A stretch of 64,000 nt of DNA, taken from Naegleria gruberi. Its lineage: Eukaryota. Below are positions 29,893 through 39,526 of the stretch, in pieces (the stretch's first letter is position 1; every line of letters starts with the position of its first letter). The notes beneath the pieces are model-generated. The model made no database searches. It saw only the letters and a list, made by a program, of their open reading frames with translations, and had not been told where the DNA came from. The DNA is taken from assembly GCA_000004985.1 (NCBI GenBank), contig GG738873.1; one strand, given 5' to 3'. The position numbers were made by a program, and so were the translations under genes.

Positions 29893-30852
29893 TTAAGGAA
29901 GTGGTCTTGCGTGTGCTTTAATTTCTTCAACTTTTTCCTTAATCCAGGATTTGAGTGAGTGATCTTCTGGTTTTGCTTCTTCTTTGAGAGTTTCGTGCAT
30001 GATTGGTACTTCACCTTCCTTGAATTGAACTGTTTCAGGATTGGCATTTGGAACGTATTGAGGCATGGTGGTACGAAGATGTTCTTCTTGGAGAGGATTG
30101 TTAGTCAATCTCACTTGTTCTTCTGGAGTGAGAGTTTCTTTGAAGGTATCTTTGAGATGTTGGTTGGTGGCTTTGGCCTTATCGAGAAGTTCGTCTCTGG
30201 TTTCGTATCCAGTTTCTTTAAGGTCTTGGACAGTTTCTTTGAGAGTGTCTTTCCATTCAGAACCTGTTTCCTTGATGTTATCCTTCATGTCATAGGCCTT
30301 ATTGACTACATTTTCCTTGACATCAGCTGCCTTGTCCATCACTTTCTCTTTCACGTCACTTGCCTTGTCCATCACTGTATCCTTGACATCGGCTGCTTTA
30401 TCCATCACTGTATCTTTCGCATCAGCAGCTTTATCTTTCATTTCATAAGCTTTATCCATAACTGTCTCCTTCACATCAGCAGCCTTATCTTCCCACTCAC
30501 CAATCTTGGTTTTAATTCCTTCCTTCAAGTCGTGTGCCTTCTTCTTGATCGTATCCTTCCAATCTGAAGCAGTTTCCTTGATCGTATCCTTCTTGTCTCT
30601 CAAATAATCTTTGGTTTCATCGTAGGATTCTTTGATGTTGTCCTTAATCGAATCCTTGACATTCTCAACTCTTTCTTTCAAATTGTCCTTGAGCATTTCC
30701 TTCTTTTGAATATCGACTGGAACAATCTTTTCATTGGCTGGTGTCTTGGCTGGATTGCTGGAGGCACTGTACAGTGCTAATTGAATGACGAAACCTATTA
30801 GAATTGCAAATACGAAACCTGTTAAAAGTCTCTTATCAATTTGAAAATCCAT
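29893..30852 (-). CDS. LEA-like repeat protein with an N-terminal membrane anchor (about 319 aa)
   Basis: The first ATG is at 30852 (MDFQIDKRLLTGFVFAILIGFVIQLALY); the 30909 track start is a TTG. Tandem 11-mer-like repeats follow (DKAADVKDTVM / DKAYEMKDKAA / DKASDVKEKVM), resembling group-3 LEA or apolipoprotein-type amphipathic repeats. Confidence 0.6.
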   Translation of the reverse strand: MDFQIDKRLLTGFVFAILIGFVIQLALYSASSNPAKTPANEKIVPVDIQKKEMLKDNLKERVENVKDSIKDNIKESYDETKDYLRDKKDTIKETASDWKDTIKKKAHDLKEGIKTKIGEWEDKAADVKETVMDKAYEMKDKAADAKDTVMDKAADVKDTVMDKASDVKEKVMDKAADVKENVVNKAYDMKDNIKETGSEWKDTLKETVQDLKETGYETRDELLDKAKATNQHLKDTFKETLTPEEQVRLTNNPLQEEHLRTTMPQYVPNANPETVQFKEGEVPIMHETLKEEAKPEDHSLKSWIKEKVEEIKAHARPLP

Positions 30853-31180
30853 TCTTGTTGTTTTTTTGCTAATTTTCTTCCAATGGATTGTAAAGCAGGT
30901 AGTTTTCAATAAAACGGTTATTCTGTTTGGGAAGTTTTCATTATAGAAACTTGCTCTAATAGAATTTATTCACATGGATGTTATACATTTCCATTTATGA
31001 GCATTTTTATATATGGAAATTCACAATTTTCAGAATTATTGGACTCAATTATTTGAGACCTGATGAGCAACTGCATGTTTCAACTATTAGAATTTCATCA
31101 CACAAGGAAAATGTCCAAGTTTGCAAATATAAATTGAATAATTCCATAATAAATATTGAACTGTTGCTGTTTTATAAATC

Positions 31181-33004
31181 TTAATCACTGTACAGAGTTT
31201 CGTATGTTATATAATTTCGATATCTTGGTATGTATCTTATTTTTGTATAAATGTTCATGTCGTGATCTTCTGGGCTGAGCTTGTCAATTAAATTGAGAGC
31301 TGTATGGTATAGTTTTGCAAGATTTTCCCTATTTTCCACTTTCCAACAAGTATCTTTCGAATAGATATCTTTATCCAATTGAGAATATTGATAATTTTGA
31401 TAGAATGTTTCACAATACTCTACGAATGGAACATATTCACCATTGTAATTGATGCAATGTACCTGTTCCAACAAAGTTTTGAAGGCATGTAAACAACCAA
31501 CTTTCCATATTCTTTCTTCTGGATTCCAATCATGATATATTTCACAAATTTTCACAAGACATTCAATATTGAGTGAGTGAGTGATAAATTTTCCCAAAAT
31601 GGTAAGGGCATCAATTGCCTCAAACCAATTAAATTCAAATTCTGCAAATAATGACCCAACAAATTTGTTAACATACTCATCATAGTATGAATCAGGTCTA
31701 TTTCCTCCATCTAATTCATTCATTTTGTGAATTAGTTTTACAAGATCAAATTTTGGATATTTGTCAAAGTAATTATTGAAATAATGTGTAATGGCACCAT
31801 ATGGTTTTGTGAGGAAAGTGTTCATAAAGTTGTGAGCTATACCTAAATGATCTAAGACACATTCATATGGATCAAAATCCGGTAGTATTTCAATAATTTT
31901 CATCACTTCCTTATCTCTGAATTGATACTTATGAAGAAGGAGTTTCATATTCAAATGGTCAATCAGTTCACATTTAAACAACACATGCAAAAAATCAAAT
32001 CCATGTGAAAATATATTACAAAACTTGGGAGCAATATAAATTTCAATATTTTTCAATTCTGCAGTTTTACAAAACTCTACAAATTCTTCCACATTTCCAA
32101 TATTCTTTTCAGAGAGAAGTTCAAATCGACTCTCCTTGACAGATTTTTCCAATATTTGATTCCAATTTCCAGGATATAGAATCTCTACACACTCCTTTAA
32201 ATATTTAAATCCCTGAATGCTTGTGACCTTGAAATTCATAACTATTTCAGAAACTTGTGGAGTGAGATCGTAGCCGTTCTGATCTTTGAAATTTAAAATA
32301 TAATTCTTAATTGATTCCAATTTCTCTCTCTCATCAAATTGAAACAATAGCATTGGAAGAAGACTATCATTTAGAGTTGGCTTGAAATTATTCAACATTT
32401 TACAAATATCGAACTGCTTTCTTTGAATGCAGAATTTTAAAAGAGAAGGAGAAAATCTATTCCAATACTCAGATTCTTCCTTTGTGCGTTCTTCTTTGTT
32501 GACTTTCTTGTTGAGAATAAATTTTCTTGCTTGATCTAGGTAGAATTGACCAAACACATTCGAATGCTTAAATTCCAATACATTTTCCTCTAAATTTCTC
32601 ATAATCATTTCCAATCCATTCACCATATTCACATAAAACACTGAATAAAACGCAGAATGGACTAATTTCTTATATCTTTCTCCATAAATTATTGATTGAT
32701 CATCATTCGAATCTTTTCCCATAAATTTCACTTGTTTTTCATTCTCAATATTTTGTTTGTAAAGTTTCCGAAGGCAAGATAACGTCTTTTCACAATATTT
32801 CTCATCACTCTTTCCAATCTTCTTCTTCAATATAGAATAGTCATTAATTTTAATTTTCAACCAATTCGAAAGTAGTGTTTTCCACACAATTTCATAACGA
32901 TCTAATTCATGCCACGATCTTGAAACAGAGAGAATAGAAACACCATCACGAATATTAACAAATTCCAAGATGCAATACAAAGTGTCATGATACAGTTGAC
33001 TCAT
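31181..33004 (-). CDS. F-box-like domain protein, 607 aa, otherwise unknown
   Basis: ORF with an A-run before the ATG. The N-terminus LYHDTLYCILEFVNIRDGVSILSVSRSWHELDRYEIVWKTLL fits the F-box consensus (LP/ILxxL ... CK/SRxW ... LWK). Confidence 0.65.
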   Translation of the reverse strand: MSQLYHDTLYCILEFVNIRDGVSILSVSRSWHELDRYEIVWKTLLSNWLKIKINDYSILKKKIGKSDEKYCEKTLSCLRKLYKQNIENEKQVKFMGKDSNDDQSIIYGERYKKLVHSAFYSVFYVNMVNGLEMIMRNLEENVLEFKHSNVFGQFYLDQARKFILNKKVNKEERTKEESEYWNRFSPSLLKFCIQRKQFDICKMLNNFKPTLNDSLLPMLLFQFDEREKLESIKNYILNFKDQNGYDLTPQVSEIVMNFKVTSIQGFKYLKECVEILYPGNWNQILEKSVKESRFELLSEKNIGNVEEFVEFCKTAELKNIEIYIAPKFCNIFSHGFDFLHVLFKCELIDHLNMKLLLHKYQFRDKEVMKIIEILPDFDPYECVLDHLGIAHNFMNTFLTKPYGAITHYFNNYFDKYPKFDLVKLIHKMNELDGGNRPDSYYDEYVNKFVGSLFAEFEFNWFEAIDALTILGKFITHSLNIECLVKICEIYHDWNPEERIWKVGCLHAFKTLLEQVHCINYNGEYVPFVEYCETFYQNYQYSQLDKDIYSKDTCWKVENRENLAKLYHTALNLIDKLSPEDHDMNIYTKIRYIPRYRNYITYETLYSD

Positions 33005-33367
33005 TTTTTTAAAAGATCAATTTCACAATCAACTTTAATGATGGCATTGTACACTATTCCTTAAGGATATTTAGAGGGTCAAAGAATGTTATTAACTTAG
33101 TTAACATTTTGTAAAATAATTTGAATATTGTAATTTCAATTAATCGTCTCGTTCTTTCAGTAATTTTGTCCACGGACAATAAAACTGTATTGTAATATTG
33201 AAACACGTCATCTAGACGTCATTTTGATAAATATCTTCTCACATTCAACAAATATGTGCAAGGATTTTCTCCAATTTTCTTTCCACTTCTCACACCAATG
33301 AAACAATTCACAACACAAATAAGGAAACTTCCACCATGCATTCCAATCAATTAAAAACACAAAAAAA

Positions 33368-36046
33368 ATGAAAAAACAACACAACAGCAAGGTGAGAAAA
33401 TCCATGAATCCCTCCTTGTTATCTTCTCTCTTGCCAACACCAACAGCATCATCAACAACTGAAGATATTTCTGAGGAGCCAACAGATTCCTCTCCTATTA
33501 GAGAAACAACAACAACAAGAAGGAGAAATAATCATGCAACAGTAGTATTGGCAATTGATGAGGAGGAGAATGATAATGATGATGAGGAAGTAAATGATGA
33601 AATTGGATTATCCATTGCAAAGAGTGAGATTTCCCTCCGAACACTTCCAATGATTAATTCAATAGAAAAGGATTTTTCCGATGATGATGAAGATGATGCA
33701 GATGAAGCCTTTGATGATTTGAATGAAGAAGAAGAAACTCTATTATACTATCGGAGGGATGACACTGTGAGTGAGGATTCATCTACTGGAGCAGCTGCTT
33801 CCTCTGCTATCAATGGAGGATTTAATTCATCATCAAACAATGCTACTAGAGGAGTCTCTAATCCTCTTCTCGTAACATCAGAAGCAACAAATCCAATTCT
33901 TAATTATGGAACTGAAAAGAAGAAGAAAAAGAAGAAGAAGAAGAAGAAATCAGACAAGGCCAAATTGGATTTACAATTCATGATTCGGTTTTTCAAAATA
34001 ATTGGATATTGTCTGAGGGATATTGGATATAATAGTGATTATCATTGGACTGATGAGAATGGAAGAAGAGTTTCCAGATTGTTTTCAAGAAAACGAGTCG
34101 TGCATGAATTGAATCAATCAGAGAAGAAGGGATGTGGAGCATTTTGTTACAACTTTTCATTGTTTAACGTGTTTTTGGTGGTTCTCTTCTTGCTTATTTG
34201 CATTGGAGAGATTTTACTGGGAAATGAAGTTGGTAAATTACCTGGAGCTTTCTATACTGTAATTATTGATGCGAGTTCTAAGAATTTTGGAGATGCCAAA
34301 CCATTTATTCATGTCATGTTGACAAGTTTACTTTGGATTTGTGGAATAACAGCTCTGAAAACTTTTAGACAATTTATTTTGGATGTTATTCGAGTTTATT
34401 GGAGAAGAAATTTAACTTATCATACACAGAGGAGATATTTCGAGAATAGTAACTTTTACAAAATGTTGTTACTTGATAAGAGAATTGATAATCCAGATCA
34501 AAGAATTACCAAAGATGTAGAGAATTTTGTAGATATGACTTGTAAATTAATTGAGAGTGTTTTCACAGGACCAATCACTGTATTTTACTATACTGTCACT
34601 GTGTTTATGAATTTGGGTTGGCAAGGGCCTCTTTTCTGCTTTGTCTTTTTCATTATTGGTTCCATTTGTAACAAGTTGATTATTTCACCAATTGCTAATT
34701 TGTGGTTTATTCAAGAAAAGTTTGAAGGAAATTTCAGATATACTCATGCATTGTTAAGATCAAATGCAGAGTCTGTTGCCTTCTATGGAGGAGAATCAAA
34801 TGAAAAGATCAAGTGCAATCAAAAGTTGAAAGGAGTAATCAAGAATAGAAGAAAGATTGTTGTGTGGAATTTACTCTTGAATGGAAATATGAATTTATTT
34901 GGTTATGTTGGAAGTATTTTGGCATATGTGATTGTTGCCATTTCTGTATTCTTGATTGGTGGATTTATTGATGCCAATGCTACAGCAGGTGAAATTGCTG
35001 GCAAGATTTCTGTTGTAAGTATTCTTGATTGTGTAAATTAACATGTGCAGTCTTCATTCCAAGTAATGATGCTCATCTATGGTTTTACCACCTTCATTCA
35101 GACTGGTGCTAATATTTCAGAACTTGCTGGTTTTACTGGAAGACTCGGTGAAATGTACGAAGTGATGAATGAAATTGAGAAGGATACTGAATTGAATAAT
35201 ATTGGAAAGGTTACTGAGGAACACTCACTTTTGGAATCAACAACATCCAATAATAATTATCAACAAGAATCGGATAGATCTGGATCCACCGATACTAACG
35301 ACGTGAACTATATTGAATTTAAGAACGTCTCTGTATCTGTTCCAAAAGGTATCAGAGAAAAGTACAGAACCAATCACAACCTTGTTGAAAATCTTAGTTT
35401 CAAGATTTTACCAACTCAACACACTTTAATTGCAGGTCCTAGTGGTTGTGGTAAATCATCAGTTTTAAGAATTTTGGCAAATTTGTGGCCAAACAACTCT
35501 GGACAAATTATCAAACCGTCCACAACTCTTGGAAACAGTTCGAAACCAAATATTTTCTACGTTCCTCAAAACCCTTACATTTCCAGTGGTTCGCTAAGGG
35601 ATCAAATTACTTACCCACTCAAAACTCCAAAGAGAAATGTGGAAGATCATCCAGCTCTCTTAGAAGCCATTCAGCAGTCTCGACTCGAATATATTCTCGA
35701 ACGAGTTCATAAGAAGGATTGGGATGGTGAGTGTAATTGGAATGAATTGTTGAGTCCTGGAGAGAAGCAACGTTTAGCTCTTGCTAGAATCTTTTATCAC
35801 AAACCTAAATTTGTAATTCTCGATGAAGCAACCAGTGCTTGTGATGTAAATGTTGAAGAGATGATTTATCGTGACATTATCAAACAAGGATCTACAGTCG
35901 TTTCAGTTGGCCATCGTCCAACCATTGTGAAATTCCACACTCACATGCTTAGACTGAATGGATCAGCCTCAACTTTGGAAAATGCTAAAGGATGGGAATT
36001 TGGAGAAATTTCAGAATTCAGAACGAAAAAGAAGAAGAATTATTAA
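33368..36046 (+). CDS. ABC transporter, subfamily D (peroxisomal-type half transporter). join(33368..35014,35051..36046).
   Basis: ATG follows an A-run. A low-complexity N-terminus precedes a membrane domain with ABCD hallmarks (NPDQRITKDVENF, EAA-like loop). A 36-nt intron (GTAAGT...gtgcag, phase 0) joins it to a nucleotide-binding domain with Walker A GPSGCGKSS, signature LSPGEKQRLALAR, Walker B VILDEATSA and an H-loop. Confidence 0.8.
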
Positions 36047-36085
36047 ACAACAATTATTTCTACCAATATTATTTACAAATATTAT

Positions 36086-36969
36086 TTACATTGTATATTT
36101 TGTTTCAAATTCCTTCCTTTCCATTCGCCTTCTCAAATTCCTCTTCATTCTTTCCCTTAATTGTTTTTGTTTCCTTCTTATTCTCTCTGGAGTTATCAGT
36201 CGTTGAATTTTCACACCTTTCACATCGGATTTCTTACAAATTTTGACATTTCTCTTAATGACAAACTTTCTGACATCGTCCTCTTTTGAGAGATTGAATA
36301 ATTTCCGTATTTTTGAAGCTCGTTTAGGTCCAAGAGTTTTGTGTTTTGGATCATCAGTGAGGCCAACAATTACATGAGCTGGAGATTTGATTAATTTCAA
36401 AGAAACAGCAGAAACTGAACGATCCAGGAAACATCCCATTAAGGTTTTTCTTCTCCTTTCTCCATCTCTTTTTCTCCAACATTTCTGAAATCCAAATTCG
36501 CCTGCCCTTAACAACGGACTAATTTTTCCAATTTTCAATATTGTAGGATGACACTGTTTACCATTGTTATTGATAGCAGCTGTGATTTTAAATTTACAAT
36601 TTGCCAAATCAGGAATATTCAATATATCACCAGAAATGCATTCTCCAATTCTTTTTCCAAGAAATGGAAATGATTGATAGTACAAATCTGAAGTTTCGTA
36701 TACTTTTGTTTGACTAGTGAGTGGATTTGATACTTGAAGCTTCACAGAATTGCATTCTATTCATCTCGGAATCAATTTTGAAAACTTACCTTTCTCAAAT
36801 AATAATACTTTGGTTGACCTGAATACGTAGCCCTGTCAGCCATCTGTTCTTGCATGTTGACATCCTGTGAAAAGTATTGTATTCCTCTCGAATATTGATC
36901 ATCAAGTCTATTTATTGGCTTTGATGATGCTGGTTTGCCAGGCATTGAAAGTTTGCTTCTTCTGTACAT
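36086..36969 (-). CDS. rps6: 40S ribosomal protein S6e. Proposed join(36086..36739,36790..36969) with the ATG supplied by a 5' exon.
   Basis: Exon 2 (36086-36739) begins at codons K-L-Q-V-S. It aligns to S6 from residue 2 onward (KLQVSNPLTSQTKVYE vs MKLNISFP...; KRASKIRKLFNLSKEDDVRKFV). There is no ATG in frame: the track M is a GTG, and an in-frame TGA lies 6 codons upstream. The upstream ORF starts at a strong aaaaaaaaATG (36969) and ends exactly in RK|GTAAGT. A 50-nt intron (acceptor gtgaag at 36740) joins it in phase to LQVS. The 5' exon assignment is moderately confident; exon 2 is highly confident. Confidence 0.6.
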
Positions 36970-37020
36970 TTTTTTTTCAAAGTTCCACCAATGTTCTGAA
37001 AATTACGGCACAGAGATGAA

Positions 37021-38244
37021 CTACCAGTAGATCAAATGAGTTATTTTCCTAATTTCTTCAAATTCTATTAGACATTCCTCAAAATTAGCAATAAATTCAT
37101 TAGATTCTGAATCGTCAATTCGATCCACGAGTCGATCGACCTTCTTTACAAGATTCTTGACCTTCACTTTATCTTCTTCTTGGAATAGTTTGCTTGATAT
37201 TCTATTGAGATGAACAATTTCCTCTTGTAAATTATAAATCAAGCCAATAATACCCAATTCTTCACTCCAAATTTTTCTAAATTCATTCAGAGAAATCATT
37301 TCATCCTCAATTGGATACAGAAGATAACTTCCAAGTCGATGGTTCTTAAAAAGCAATTTGAATAATCTTGATTGACCACTTGGAACCAAAACTCCCAATG
37401 TAATATTCGTTTCAATAGTTCTGTGTGCATATTCCAACCAATATTTCAAATTCACATTCAATTGAGAGATTTTTGAATCACTCAATAGAATATTTTCCAA
37501 AACCGATGGGTGTATTTGATCCCTAATTGAGATTTCAAGAATTTGCCTATCTTTTGAGTTATAGACATGTCCAAGTCTTAATTTGTAATATTCACAGTCG
37601 ATTTCTTCTAGATTAGGCAATAAACTGATGATTGGATTGAAAACCTCTTGGAAATCAAAGGAAGGAAATGAAATGAACATTTTGGTGATTGTTCTGAATT
37701 CACTAGGAATTGCTGGTTGTCTAAGTTTCAAGTCAAATGTCAATTTCATTGTTTCTATTAGAGGATTTAATTCTCTGTTTTCTTGAAGGCAATCCTTTAG
37801 GTATGAAATATCACAGGCAATGAGTTTCTGGATTATTTCTTTGTTTTTCTTTGACTGGAACAAATCTTTCACATTCAAAGTTATTGATCCAATGTGTTCT
37901 TTCAAACGATCATTCAAAGTTTTTTTGGAATCAGTTTCTTCTTGAATGACAGCAGTTTTCTCAACTTGAATTTCTGGTAATTTTTCTTCCACCTCCTTAT
38001 CAACTATTTGCTCAGCTTCATTCCCATGTCCAATCAATTCCAATTCCTCTTCATGTTGGGCAGTTATTGTCTGTTGTTTGGATTCGATAGCACAACCAGA
38101 TAAGCCATGATTGGAGAGATCAAGAGTTTGTGTCTCCTTTTGATTTGTGGCAGGAGAACAACGTGCGTGAAGATAAACTTTATAAATCCAGAGGAACAGT
38201 TGAGGATCTTGCGTAATTTGTGAAAAGAGTGTGTCTGTTGCCAT
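37021..38244 (-). CDS. Hypothetical protein (407 aa) with an acidic, coiled-coil N-terminal half
   Basis: Long ORF with a 9-A run before the ATG. I recognise no domain. Confidence 0.5.
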   Translation of the reverse strand: MATDTLFSQITQDPQLFLWIYKVYLHARCSPATNQKETQTLDLSNHGLSGCAIESKQQTITAQHEEELELIGHGNEAEQIVDKEVEEKLPEIQVEKTAVIQEETDSKKTLNDRLKEHIGSITLNVKDLFQSKKNKEIIQKLIACDISYLKDCLQENRELNPLIETMKLTFDLKLRQPAIPSEFRTITKMFISFPSFDFQEVFNPIISLLPNLEEIDCEYYKLRLGHVYNSKDRQILEISIRDQIHPSVLENILLSDSKISQLNVNLKYWLEYAHRTIETNITLGVLVPSGQSRLFKLLFKNHRLGSYLLYPIEDEMISLNEFRKIWSEELGIIGLIYNLQEEIVHLNRISSKLFQEEDKVKVKNLVKKVDRLVDRIDDSESNEFIANFEECLIEFEEIRKITHLIYW

Positions 38245-39526
38245 TTTTTTTGTTTTTTGAAAACGTGATGCATAAGAAATACTTCTAATAGCTTTCTAAT
38301 GAATTGTAAGCTCGCTAATTTGTGAATTGAATTCCAAAACAGTTTTGACATTGAGCAACTCAAAGAGCTGAAACAAAATAGCAGAGTTTGGAATATGAAA
38401 ATAAAGGTGAAGAAATTATTGAGGTTAGTGAAAGTGGAAATGAAGTTTAAGGGGTTGAAAGTGTAGTGAGATCATGGAGAAGATGATGAAGAGGAGATTG
38501 GAAGAAGAAATAAAGGGGAGTAACGTTGAATAATTTCTATGATTTCTTTTCAATTAAAATCACATGATAGTGAGAATGCTGTGTCATGCTTGTTGTGTAT
38601 TTTTTGTAGAAGTAAAATAGTAGCGCGATATTTTACCGTTAAATTTTTAAAACAAAAACAAGCACAACACCCAATTCGTGTTGATGAAGTAATTTTTAAA
38701 AACCAAGAAAGACATCATCTACAAAAGCAAAAAAACAATCGGAAAAAGAACATGAAGAATTAGTAACTCTTCTTCCAGAAGCAGTCTTGCTGTATTTTCA
38801 TTGATTTGATGAAATTGTTTTCCCTCTTCCTAACATATGTATCTTTTTGGTAACTGTCAATATAGTTCATTGTGAGTTGCATTCTTCAGCAGCATCCTAA
38901 AATGTCATCAAATTGTTTTATACAACAACAAGTCTCAATAATAATAACACAACCATCACTCTATTAATATTTTCAACAATCATCATCAACAAAAAACCTT
39001 AACTGTACCTGTTATATTTGCAATTCATTCCATTTGTATCAAGTGACACGAATTATCTTAAGCACACAACTGCTTATTGAATTCATCCACTTAATGCAAT
39101 AACAATAACAGAATTGCATTTCCATCTACCCTTCACATTGTGTTTCTAAAGAGGGCCTTCTAAAATAATAAGTATGCGACTCAATGTAAATAATTCTATC
39201 ACAACCCTTATGGACATGAGTATGTATTGTAAACAAACAATCGGAAATGTTATCCAAAACAAAGATATTTAAAAGCCCGATTTCTGAATTTTGTTTCCAC
39301 TGTCTAAGGATGGTATGAAAGGGGATGTTCATTTCTTGGAACATTTGGGTAACCTACTACTTATTCGAAAGTGACACCGATGGTTGTCGTGCCGCAAAGA
39401 GTTTGTTCGTTTGCAATAACTCTGATTTGTTTTGGCTCTTGATTCAGGTGGGCCGATTTCGAATAACTATGGGGACAAGGATGTTTGGGAAGAAACATCT
39501 TTCAAAAAAAACTCTGTACACTAAGA

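Noticed and set aside
30853-30909. Longer start (MKTTCFTIHWKK...) for the LEA-like gene
   Set aside because: That start codon is a TTG. The first real ATG (30852) has the A-rich context.
36743-36745. GTG as the start codon of RPS6
   Set aside because: An in-frame TGA lies 6 codons upstream, and there is a phase-compatible GTAAGT...AG splice to an ATG-bearing exon. A non-ATG start is the less parsimonious explanation, though not excluded.
38064-38363. 99-aa minus ORF overlapping the 5' end of the 37021-38244 gene
   Set aside because: It sits in a different frame overlapping a longer ORF that has the A-run ATG context, so it is likely spurious.
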